Shown here piece after piece: positions 24,661-36,817 of a stretch of DNA of 64,000 bases. This DNA comes from Phoronis australis (taxonomy: Eukaryota > Animalia > Phoronida): positions 315,846 to 379,845 of the forward strand of contig NMRA01000004.1 of NCBI GenBank assembly GCA_002633005.1, written 5' to 3'. The notes under the pieces are model-generated. The model made no database searches. It was given only the letters and a program-made list of their open reading frames with translations, and was not told where the DNA came from. A program made the position numbers and the translations under genes. The first letter of the stretch is position 1, and each line of letters starts with the position of its first letter.

Positions 24661-25473
24661 CTCTCTCAGAAATGGCTGATTGGATTTACATGAGACCTTT
24701 TGACAGTATGCTTTTGCTCGAAGAACTACAAAAGTGGGGACTTAAATTCACGATTTTTCAAAACCAATGGAAAGTTTCATAATATGAAAATAAAATGACA
24801 ATGTTAGTGAGATTACATATTGAACATTTACGTCAAACGAAAATTGGTTATGTATTGATATCGTTGTTATGCTATACTTTTACCTTTCTTTTTTGCTAAC
24901 TTAAAGTGCACAATAACTGTCGTTTCCACAGTTTTTATTAATTTCAAGTTATAAACCGTTACAATTAAAACTGTTTTCTTTTACTACAGTAAGTTAGCAA
25001 CATAACGCGCACGTTCACACACAGCAGGTTGTGCGTAAACAGTCAGGGTGAAGTATTCCTAAAATGCCGAAAGAAAACAAAAGAAACTCACGAATTCGAT
25101 GCGTATGGGATAAATACAAAACTTACCTCGAGTGGCGTTCATGAAATAATATCCTACTCGACATTATTCCGCGTATCGGTCGATACGCTAAATAATGTCT
25201 CGTGGGATATTATTTCATGTACGCCACTCTCGATACGTTTTGTTTATTTATTCAGCAGTCGTAAAGTGGGAGCGTTAGACCAAATTACTGTCTCAAGTTA
25301 GCCATGACCATAACCAAAACGCTAGATTGTTACGCAATGTCGAGATTTTATAGGCTACGTGTAGACAGTATTGATTTCTTGCCAATTTCTGACAACTATT
25401 TTATTGGAATGAATGTCCTTTCTTTTTTGAAATACCTGAATATGATTATTAATTTGTTCTATTTTCAATTCAG

Positions 25474-28400
25474 GTAATGGAGTTAATCTCGAATACGTTG
25501 CCGGTCCCTTTCCGGGTTTGACAGAAGGCCCCGTCTTTGATCGTCACGGTTTTCTTTACGTCACTAACATAGGCCCAGTGGATATGAGGGATGGATCTAT
25601 TCACAAAGTGGATGTGCTGAGCAAAACTGTAAGTTTGAACTGCAGGATGAAATCGCGGTGTCGACTTTGTGATTTGTCAAAAATACCTATTGGGAGGCGT
25701 TTTACGGTAACAACGACGGCAATTTCCGGTAGGAAACGTATACCATAGTAAATGAGCTGTCACAGAATTGTTGACGTTCTAAAATTTGTGAACACGGCAA
25801 GTGAAAGTGAAGGCCTCTACAATATCTATAAAACTAAAAAATGAAAAATTTAGCAGGCTTATTTCAGATATTTGGCGGCTGGCAGTGCTTGCATTGTTTA
25901 TTTATCAGTAGACAAGTTTTTTACACGTGGTGAGCATTATAGTAACCTTTAGGAGGAAGTTTTGGAAGGGAATCAAGTTACGATTTGGAGATGTAGAGTA
26001 AAGCCATACCGAGGTTCTGTATGGTAATACTTTTAAGTAAAACTAAAATTTCTGTTCACCTGCACACATACACGCACACACACAGAGAGGCAATTTTGCG
26101 GACTCCCCCTACTGCCGCGCATCTGAAGTAATTGCCAATTCATAACGCTTAAAGAACGTTGGAGTTGCTATAGACCCTTTTTCTTTCAAAAACAACTTTT
26201 AATTTAAGCCAACTTCTCTTCTAACTTGGACTCAAAAGTCCGCAACCCAGATTACAAATGGTTTCTGGCCACTGATGTGAAGAACTCTGACAATTGGTTA
26301 TTGCTGGAGACCTGGCTCAGTAAGTTGGTCTGACCATACTCTCAGTTCTTCCCAACCTCAGAAATCACTTTTAGACGAGTCAAGAACAGATAGGCTTGTA
26401 TTATAACGGTAACTGGGTTGCGCTTCTTAGACACAAGACACTCGAGAATCGTACACATGTAGCGAAAAATCTTATCTTATCTTATGGACCGGAAGTAGTG
26501 AATTCTATCCAATATTGCAACATCCCAACCTCATCGACCGATCACCTCAGTGGTCCCTAGCATACTCGTGAAACACTCGCGTGGTGTGCGTGGCCTTATA
26601 TTATCTTGCTCTTTCACCTTTCGTCCCTTTCGTCTACAGAACGCAAACGGTAGTCTATATCAAGAGCTAATCTTTTAATTGAAAGCGGGTCTGTTAATCT
26701 GGCTTAAAGTTATTTTTAAAAGACCTTTAGAAAAATACCTAAATTTGACTAACTTTGAAACTTATCTTCGAAATGGCTGGTCGGATGCATGAGACAATAT
26801 CAGATCCCAGGCCTTACGCATTGTTCTCCATAAAACTGTTAGAACTAATTGTTTTTAAAATATTGCACTCTTGCATGAGAGGGCTAACAAAAGATCTGAT
26901 TTCTATAAGTTTTAGGAAAAAGCTTATAATTTGCGTAAAACAAAAACGAAGCGATAACTTAGAATACTGTAACGCGTTTTTTAAGATTTGATCTTGAACA
27001 TATCAAACAAAATGTGGTCATACCGTTGTTCTGCAATGAATTTATCTCGTTTCTTGCTATTTTTTTCTAAAAAACACATGGTCACGTGACCCAATTAAGT
27101 GTGGATTGGCATAAAATCAAAAATCATATTATACAGACTTTCCTCTTTAAGAAATGTATACTTTTACTGAGTTATAATCTGTACTTTCACTGAGTTATAA
27201 TCTGTACTTTTACTGAGTTATAATCTGTACTTTTACTGAGTTATAATCTGTACTTTCACTGAGTTATAATCTGTACTTTTACTGAGTTATAATCTGTACT
27301 TTTACTGAGTTATAATCTGTACTTTTAGTGAGTTATAATCTGTACTTTTACTGAGTTATAATCTGTACTTTTAGTGAGTTATAATCTGTACTTTTACTGA
27401 GTTATAATCTGTACTTTCGTAGATATTTTGCTAACTACACATACTTGTCTATAAGGTCCTACAAAACTTTGAAGATCGAGCTCCAAAACACCATATCTTT
27501 TAGATAACAACTGAGGGCCAATCACCTGCAAGTACACCTGATATTACGACGAAACTAAAATATATCTATATTGTTGCCTTGATTTATTTTTAGTCACAAA
27601 TATTCGCTAGTCCAGTCATCGATGGTTATCATAGCGTACCGAATGGTCTCGCGTTGGACCAGGAAGGGATTCTGTGGTTGGCAGACGTCTGGCTTGGACT
27701 TTTAAGGCTGACGCCGAGCGGCGAATATACAAGAGTGGCAACGCACGACTCGTTTGGTAATGCCTTGAAGGGAATGAACGACTTGACTTTCGATTACCAC
27801 GGTAATTTATGGATCACCGCACCCTACAACAAGTTGCCAAATACCGATAACTATGCCTCCCTCTTGTCTCTTGTGGACGGCTCCATCTACTGCCGTTCCC
27901 AATCTGGAGAGATTATCCACGTCGACGATGGATACCATTTCCCCAACGGCATAGCGGTGCAGCACGACAATGACGGGACACCTAGACTTCTGATAGTTAC
28001 TGAGATGTTAACTAAGAAACTCTGGGCCTACGATATCACTGGGTCATGCCAAATCACGAACAAAAGGCTTTGGGGAGTTATTCCAGGTAAGATATTTGGA
28101 GATGCGGGTGAGAATAAAAGGGGAAGGGAAGGGGAGGAGCACATACTTTGTAATGTAATTCACGGCTATCTTTGAAAACCCCTGTATTCATTCAGGTTTT
28201 GGGTTGAACACTTGTCTTTGGTTCTTTACTACCGCGAGTTAGTAGGCCTATTCCTGAAACGTCGCGTCTCATCAGATCTTTTATTGAAACTTTGCTCATC
28301 GGAAACTCTCAATTCTTGAAGGAAACAACGGTACGGGCTGTAGTTAGTCGATGTTTAAGCCATGCATCTCAACATCACAGCGAAGCTTCTCCATATTTCA

Positions 28401-29727
28401 GCAGCACCTGAGCCTCTCAGCAAGAGAAAGCACGAACGCTCCCACAAGTTTTCTTCCTTTGTCTGTCTTCTGTTACATCGAAAAATATTGTTTTCGCTCA
28501 TGCCAATTCCTTCGAAATTTGAAAAATAATTTCCAAACTGCAGCAAATACGACCGAATGTTTTGGTACAGTGTGCTATCTTAAGAGTGTCCTGGTGTAGA
28601 CTGTTTGTCAGAACTCGCTTAAACGTCAGCAAATTCCGTTCCGAACTAACGTATGATTGATTTGCCAGTGCAAATAGAACTGAACGTTTTTAAAGCGCGA
28701 ATTTGAAGAATCTTGCAGTTTCAGTTCAACAGTGAAATTATCAATAATAGTTTCGGGGTCTTTTTGTGAGAAGTGTCAAAAAAGCAGATATGACACAATA
28801 CAAATTCCTGCTCAAGTTAGGATGTTCCAAAAAACAAGTGATTACAAATTTCTGAGCAGTGTCTTATGTACAAAGTACGTAATTTTCAAAAAATATCTTA
28901 ATTCTTGGTGGGATTCTTGTGCAGCGCTACTTGCTTCCCATCTTCACTTAAGTTGTTCTCAGAAACACAAACGCTGGTTATAAATGTCTTGATACTGATA
29001 ATATGTAGGTTATAACTGTCCAAGCATTCAGACGTAATGCAGAGAAGACGTGCCAAACCCATTTTTTTATTCCAGTGGAGTATCCATTAGCAAGTAGAGT
29101 AGAGTTAGTAAAAACTGCAACATGAAGACGCCTCATAATTTGCCCAGCTGTTCCATTCACGCACTGTTCTTGGAAAAAGCGAAAAGTTGAATAATTTGAT
29201 GCGAGTCCGGAACATTGAGGACTTGAGGATTTTCACAACTAAACGCTAGACATTGTCAAGTGAAAAAAATACCACGATCTTGTGTTTCTGCGGCAATGCA
29301 TAGCAATATCGCTCGAAGACTTGCGTGACCTCGCTTTTCTAGCAAAGATAATTGATCGGCAGAACGCAGTTCATCCTGTTTTAATGATTTGAAGTGACAG
29401 ATCACTAGTTGTAACGCTTAATTAGCAAATGATATAGAACAACGTATCTCGTATTGCATTTGTGTTACAGGTTGGCCAAACGGGATAGATTTTGACCAGC
29501 ACAACAATCTATTGGTGACGGCTTACAAGGGTGGGGCCATTTATGTCTTTGGTCCAGAAGGAGGCGACTACTTCACGCGACTTGATATGCCATTCGCCGA
29601 CGTTACGAACGTGGAATTTCAACCTTACAGGAATACCGTGTACGTCACAGAAGGCTCTAAAAATTCAGTATGGAAATTTGAATGGAAATACAACGGAAAA
29701 ATACCTTATGGACTCCAGCAGGCTTAA
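25474..29727 (+). CDS. Diisopropyl-fluorophosphatase (DFPase)-like / SMP-30-gluconolactonase family beta-propeller; join(<25474..25628,27594..28086,29471..29727); 5' exon unresolved
   Basis: Colinear match to squid DFPase motifs as I recall them: TEGPVFD, ADVWLGLL, GMNDLTFDYHGNLWITAP, GSIYC, FPNGIAVQH, TKKLWAYDI, WGVIPG, GIDFD, VFGPEGG, VWKFEW. GT-AG introns in phases 0 and 1; no internal stops. The first exon starts at a phase-1 acceptor (ttcag|gt) with an in-frame TGA just upstream at 25443. Confidence 0.88.
27159..27417. repeat. 23-bp minisatellite, 11 full copies (tacttttactgagttataatctg), in an intron of the DFPase-like gene
   Basis: Counted directly; units differ only at 1-2 positions; no spacers. 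Confidence 0.95.
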
Positions 29728-29770
29728 ATGGAATTGCAAAGGGAATATACTGTAGACTCTTAGTTGTTAT

Positions 29771-30281
29771 TTATGGAATTCCAAATCTGTAAAAAGGTAA
29801 CGTGCGCTGATTTTACACATTTACGCGGAATTTTAAATTGAAGCGGCTTCTGGTTTCTGAGCCAATGAATGGAGACAGTAAATTCGCAAGGTGACGTAAA
29901 CGATCGCGTAATTAATACCCCCACTTGATCCCTTTACTAACGTGTAAAATTTAGACTTGTACTCGAGAATGGCTCTCAGTCGGCGAATTGACGAGGTCTT
30001 GAGAGAACTGCAAGGGTTTCATATCCACAACTCCCGGCGATGTCTATGTGTAAATAGAACTGCCATTCGTCAGGCCTTCATGTCATTCATGTCATTCGTA
30101 TGACTTGGGGTCAAGCGCCTTTCGGGGTTGGGCTGAAATGCTCTCAGCGGTCGCGTTGACTCGTCTTCGCAGCTCGTTAACCGTTACGAAATAGATTAAC
30201 GTGTAAATGAGTCAACTTGAATGCGTTGACGCGTAAAACCGGGCGCACGCGTTACCTACTTACAGACTTGGAATTCCATAA
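29771..30281. mobile_element. ~510-bp MITE 44 bp downstream of the DFPase-like stop
   Basis: TIRs ttatggaattccaaatctgtaa / ttacagacttggaattccataa (one mismatch). Confidence 0.75.
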
Positions 30282-32029
30282 TCATTGTCTCAACTGGGTA
30301 TAAGACTCTTCTATTACGTGCAATTGAAAATAGTGCTGACGTGGGAACTTTCCACGGCCTCTAAACGTAATCTTTAGACACCGAACTACTTATTTCGTGA
30401 ATAATTTCTGTGGCATAGTTGAAACTTAGGAAGGCTGGTGGATCTGACGCCCCAATTATTTACAATTTAATGGGCAAATTGGTAATTCACAGGCAAAAAT
30501 ATTCACGGAGGACCCATCGGACATTGCGACTGCGTTCAGTTAGAAAGTGATCAGCGCAGCTTACTATATTTTATGATGTGATTATGGTCTTGGTAGAAAA
30601 CTAAATGAAAACGAATTTTAACGTAGTCACATGAATCCAATTGGTTGCTTGAAATCAGATGTGCCATATTGTCCCGCGACTACACAATGATTGACTTGGA
30701 GTCGTTGGTCAAAATTGGACATTTTTCTAGGGCCCTACATAATCTTAAAACCCATTGGTTTAGTTCATGGTTTGGGTTATATTTTCTTCTACCCTGTTAG
30801 CCATTTTGTTCGGCCTTTGCCTATATTTTGTGTTTCATTTATTCTTAACTTGTTACTCTACCTTTATATCCGATTATTGTTAGCCTTAGTTCTCTATATT
30901 AACTATTTTGTTATTCTCTGTTAGCTATTTTTGATTTGTCCTTAGCTTCATTTTTTATATTTTTCTCTCATTTCCTTTTAGTTTTCGTACTCTCGTTTCG
31001 TCCTCTAGCTTACCAGTCCGTGTATTCTTGTATGTTCGTTTTTCTCCCTTGTTTTTCCTCATTTATCTATTTTCTTTCCGCCATGACACGGGGTGAGACA
31101 ACACCGGCACCTGTTCCAGCCCTGGAAATCGTACCTCCCCCTCCGGTTGGCACCCGGAGTTAGGGTTGGGTATCCGGCTGACAGCCTTTGTAAGTAGTCC
31201 TGCACCCCTTTTCTTTCCATTTCTCTCCCTTCGTGCGTCCCTGCGGATGGGCATGAGCTGTCTTACAACATCTCTGTGGCGCTTTTTATTGCCCATCTTA
31301 CCAGAGATTACCTGTTATACTTATTTACCTGTATTCATTTTATTGTAATTGTACTAGTCATAATAAATGACCTTATATCTCCTACATCAATCTCCTTTCA
31401 TCTCTGGTAACGAGCTTGCGACGCACGTATCATTTATCTATTTTTCGGGACATATGTCGATCATAAATGGTATTTCACTCGTTAAATATATTTATGTGAG
31501 CATATGGACTCGCCTTACTCCTTTTCCCCCTCATCTTGGTCGATTCCATTATTCCCTCGTGCAGGACTACACGACGTTTTTCCAGCCTTCGCATTGGTCT
31601 GTTGTTATCACGTGCCTCGAGTTTGGTCAGCTCTTGGCTCTTATAGGCTGATGATTGTCACGTGTCTTTAGGGGCGTTTTACTTTGTTATTGTAACCTCG
31701 CTTTCAATTCACTTTGTTCCGGCCACATTGTCGTACGTCAATAACTCATTCAATTTTCCCACCCTCTTCCTCCCAGTTTTCGTCATTCTCTCGTACTTCC
31801 ACGCTGCCGGCGCTTTTTATTGCCCATCTTACCAGAGATTACTTTAATCCACTTTGAAGCTTGCGACTTCTGGTAGTTTTTAAGTTACCAATTTATTGAG
31901 ACATACACAAAAATATAGTATTTTAAAATTCAGCCCGGGAACCGCAGTTAGCATTATATCCGGACTTTAAACAATGAACACGCAATAATTAATAGGAATA
32001 TTCAACTGTTATCATAATATACAGAATAA

Positions 32030-32790
32030 GAGAAAAGACAAAAGTGACATTGACTCGCAACACATCAATACAGCAGCAGACTGTTCAAAACAGATGACGC
32101 GACAGAATGAAGCAGCATAAGATTAGTTTTTACATTGAATTTACTTGAACCATTTATGAGGATAATGACTTTGTCAGTAAGTGTAGAGAACACATCTGAG
32201 TTACTTTCGATGATGTGGAAGAGTCTCTGTCGTTGTGGAAAATAAATTGGACAGTCCAACAGAAAGTGAAATTTAGTCTGAACTTCCCACAATTGCACAA
32301 CGGAGAGCCGTCTCTGAAGTTGTGTCAAAATTTATCAGAGTTAGTAAAAGTCCAGAACGCAGTCTTTTGAGAGATATCTGCAATCTATTGAGAGATATCT
32401 AGTTAGATCTAGGAACAGTTTTAAATTTGATAAGAGAGGTAGATTGGCTTGTCAAAAGTGATTTTTAAAGCTTGTTTTGATTATTCAGGGTGAACGTCTG
32501 TCTCTCAAATTTGAAGGCAGTGTATTCCAATGTTATATACACACTAGAATTGTTAATCTGCGAGTTGCCCTGAAATATGACGGGGCTTGTGAAAATAAAG
32601 GTATTCCTCAGGCAATGCCTTCTGCATTTTATTTCATATATGTTAAATTTAAGCTTATTAGACGCATTATTTATGTCATTAAGAACTTTAAATGTGTACA
32701 TGGTTGTGTGTAGTTTCCTTCACAAATAATAGCGCAACGCTTCTTTAACTTTAAATGTACAAAGTCCGTACGAGCTCTCGAACTATAACG
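32030..32790 (-). mobile_element. 3' part of a decayed LINE ORF2
   Basis: C-terminal 'HFLLDCPIYFPQRQRL' motif typical of LINE ORF2 ends; stops and frameshifts; boundaries approximate. Confidence 0.55.
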
Positions 32791-32799
32791 GATAAAGCC

Positions 32800-35750
32800 C
32801 ATAGTACTTAAAGTCTATAAATACGAAAGGGGTATAGTGACGAACTATAGGAACAAACATTAATTCAAAGCAAAGTCCTGTAGACATGCTGGAAGGCGAC
32901 GGGGCTTCGTAGAGCGTCGAGGAGGGGTATCACGAACTGCAGGAACATCAACTGCTTCGGACGTGGCATCAAGTGGACCGGAGTTGATAGTCACAGCCAG
33001 ATCCTCGGACGGTGCATGATCGACTGGGGCCAACTCAGAGGGAATTTCGGGAGCGGGAGGCTGAAGTGGAGGTTGTGAGGTGGGCGTCGGACTTGAGGAT
33101 AGTGGCGTAACATGATCGTCATCATCAGCTGCTTCAAAGCTGGAACACTAAGACCCGGGGATAGTGAGAGGGACCATCTCGTGAGGGACTTTGTAGCACT
33201 GCGTATCTTTTCATGATAGGATGTTGAGTGAAGTTGGTTGCCAACAAATTTCTGAATGTTGAGCCAAGAACCGTCGCGACCAACCACGAGATAGCTAGGA
33301 CGAGAGCGAGTCTTATCGCGATCACCATAGAGATGAACTAAATCCCCAGCTGTAGCGTTGCTCGTGGGAGGAAGTCTAGCCATAGGAGCCTTAGATCTCG
33401 AGCTGGGTTCATGGTTCCTTTCACGTTTGAGTCACTGTGTCTCGATCAGGGTGAGGTCGATTACGGGCATTTGGTCGCAGGTAAATTGGTCACGTTGGAA
33501 TAGCATCTCTCGGGTAGATAATCCTCTTGAACGTAGCCGACTGTTAAGTCGGGCAACTTCGAGTGAAAGCTGAAAAAAGTTACCTTGCTATGGATCAAGT
33601 GTTCACGTAGTAACTCATCGGAAAGCTCTTCAATAGCCTTTTCAACGACTGGGTTGTGATGGGGTTCTTAGCACGGCCAACTTCAATAGTGTGTCGTTTA
33701 AGGAGATCATCGTCCTTCAAAGCACTGAAGCCGGGAGCCCGATCCGTACGGATAACTGCTGGAGGACCATCCAAAGGACAAAGTTCTATGCACATTAGTG
33801 AAGAAGACAATCCCGCAAGTCGTCACGGCGTTCACTCTCGACAATGCATGCAATGGTGTAGGAGGACACGCATACCCGCAGCACGAGGATCAATTGGCGA
33901 TCGCGTTTCATGACATCTGCAACGAAAGACAGACCGACGGTCGGGGAAGGGTCAGACGAATCTTGAGTGGTCAACGTCTTGGGGAATGTCTGAAGGGAGC
34001 AACACTGGTGGCAAGATTTGGAACATTTGTCAATGGTGAAGTCCAAGTCGAGGGCGTAGAACAACGTTGGGTAACCAGCCTCAGCTGAATGGATGAGCGA
34101 TGATCCAAGCCGAGGTGAAGAGCCATCAGTAGACCGTCTAAGACAGAACGGGGAACAACTATGCACTCGCGAATCGGAGCGGGAGGTGCATTTCTACGGA
34201 CAACGAATAAACCATCACTAGCGACCTTGACAATGGTTAGGTAACGCTTCACATCTTGAACATCAATCAGCTTCTTACTGGGACGAGTATCTTGAGTTAG
34301 ATGAGCATGAGTACGGCGACGATCTGAGCACTCAGTTTGGATACCATGCCAAGCAGAACGGGCAGTGAACGGAAGCCTCGACACACCCGATAAGATGTCG
34401 TCTGTAGATGAACGAAAGACCACACAATCTTCGGTAGAAGCCAAGAAGGAGCATACCTGGCACGTCATGTCTGAACACTCAATACTATGTCGGCTTACAA
34501 ACTCTGATACGATGTTCGCGGCACCTGAAACATGGCGAGCAATAGCTTGGAGCCGAGATGCAGTTGACAAAAATGTAGACACTCGAGGACTCAAAGAAAA
34601 TTCACTACTATACATAAACGATCTTCTGTCTGTACACATGGCTTACTGTCAGTGAGGACCGTAGCACGATGCTTGGACTGGATGAGGTATGGGCTGAAGT
34701 GCTTCAAGCCCACGGCAATTGCTAAAGCTTCATCCTCACAAGGGAGCCAAAGCACTTAAGCTTGGCGCTGAAGAAGGAAGCAATTTTGGGTTTTCCTTTC
34801 CTTTTAACATATAGGGTGGCTGCTATCCCTGGGTGCTTGTTAGAGGCGTCTGTCACAATCCATAGGTTATCCTCAAGACGGGGGAATGTGATGACCTTGT
34901 TAGACGAGAGTGCTTTCTGGGCGGCAGAAAAGGCACTGACTAACTCATCAGACCATGTCAATGGATCCTTGGAATCGCGGTCTGAAATAGCAGTGGAGAC
35001 ATAAAGACGGAGCAATGAGGGATAACCCTAGACAGAACCTTGAAGGCACCAATGAATGAACGCATCTGACGCACGGTTGTAGGCTTGTTGCACGAAGCAA
35101 GAGCAGCGATGCAATGACTGCTAGCCTGAAGGGTGCCACCTTCCCGTATCCAACCCAGGAAATGACCGTTTTGGTAGTTGACAAATGTAGACCAGACTTA
35201 GCAAGGGCAGAAAGTACCAGTTCCCAATTGGTAAGTTGCTCAGATGGTGTCTGGCCACCACATTACAAGTCGTCGGCCAACTTTAATTGGTTACAATGCC
35301 TTGTTCGAGATCACCAAGAACACGGCAGGTAAGCTCTTCTAATGCTGTTTCTGAACCCGGCATCCCATAGCACATCTGGTATAGACACGAATGCCATGGA
35401 AGTGGCTTATCACGCCGCAGTACTTCACGGATTCACGAGACATGGGAGTTTGATAAAAGACACTTTTGAGGTCCGTCTTGGCTATAAATCGCCACTGGGC
35501 AATTTTGCGTAGGACCGAATCTACATCGGGCATAAGTGATGGTTGAGGTTTGGCATATCTTCCAACATCCGCAAAGGCCGTCACGCGTCGAAATCTACCG
35601 CTGGGCTTTTTGACCAGGAAGGATGGGTTGAGATGCCCAACTTGGACCTTCACATTTTCGGGACGAACAGACACCGAGTGCCTCAAGGTCTTTGTTGGAG
35701 GTCATGGAGCTTTGTCGGTGAGTACATAGGTAGACCAGCGGATCCATTGT
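32800..35750 (-). mobile_element. Decayed Ty3/Gypsy-type LTR retrotransposon pol (RT-RNaseH-integrase order)
   Basis: RT ([27 protein letters not shown]), RNase H (WIVTDAS), integrase zinc finger (LH...H...C..C) and core (DVMK, IRTDRAPGF, KNP), spread over frameshifted ORFs. No LTR pair or gag recognised. Confidence 0.85.
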
Positions 35751-36700
35751 AAGTAAGTAATGTTCTTCTTCCAGTTATCAAAACTGTTGAGCCGAGCAGT
35801 TCTCATATAGCTCAAAGAGTTGAATAGAGTGGCTATAAACCTTTTGTCACAAAAACAAACTTTAAATTTGCCTTAGATTATTTACCGAAAAGAAGTTGGT
35901 CTCAAACTGTTCAGTGGTCAAATTAAATGTGAAAAAAGGAGTTTCTTATTGCTTAAGACCACGTTCTATATGTTACTTTGTCACGGCGTGTCAGTTTCAC
36001 GTTTGTCACTATTGTACAAAATATGTTACATCACTGCACTGACGTAACCACGCTGAGGTTTGTCCTAAGCTAAGGTGCAGTAATGAGCGTCTCGTGGCGT
36101 GGACGTGAATCTCTGGAAACGGCTTAACCAAATTTCAATGGGCTCACACTTGTTAAGCTTATAGGCACAACGAAACCTTAACACCGAAGCGTTAAATAAT
36201 ATAATTGCGATTGAGTGTTTAATTACTACGATCGCGAGTAAAGTAGCATTGTGAAATTTGTTTTCAGGCACAAAATTTTCATGTCAAGAAACAGTTAACA
36301 ACTTTACCAAGAAGTGAATAAACGCCAAGCTTTGGCGGGGAGTTGATTGCACCCACTGGTGTCTCAAGTTTCAAAAACTGTACGACTATATAGATAAAAG
36401 CAGGTTTTGAGTATTTTCAGAATAATAAGCAACAAATGGTTGTCAACTGACAAAGTTGCTGTATTTTACTTCACAAAATACATTCTCGTTCAGCGTAATA
36501 CTACACACTAACACAGTTTGAATACATTTTGCCCAAGCAACAACTTACGATGCAAATCACAGTTCATATGTCACTATCACTCAAGTTTCAACGTGTTGAC
36601 AGGCCTTCATCGAGCCGGAAGCAGCCGTCTGACACCGCAGTTAGATGGAGGCGCGCTAAAACATTGATGGAGTCTACGTGTGGGCCACTGTTTGGAACAG

Positions 36701-36817
36701 TTGATTGACTATGCTGCCGGTTCCCGGCGCCGGGTCACCGGCTGAGACATCTGATTGCTTGCAGACCAATCCGATGTCATAGCCGGGTGACCCAGCGCAA
36801 CCGGCGACGTCAATCAA
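36701..36817. repeat. GC-rich palindromic (fold-back) element, related to 68-197
   Basis: ttgattgac...gccggtt...gggtcaccggctgagacatctgattg / caatccgatgtcatagccgggtgaccc...aaccggc...gtcaatcaa. Confidence 0.75.

Noticed and set aside
24111-24782. Long ORFs across 24.1-24.8 kb
   Set aside because: Artefacts of the N gap and the CT microsatellite.
27159-27417. Regular 23-bp repeat that could be taken for a CRISPR array
   Set aside because: Head-to-tail units with no unique spacers, no cas genes, and an intronic eukaryotic context: a minisatellite.
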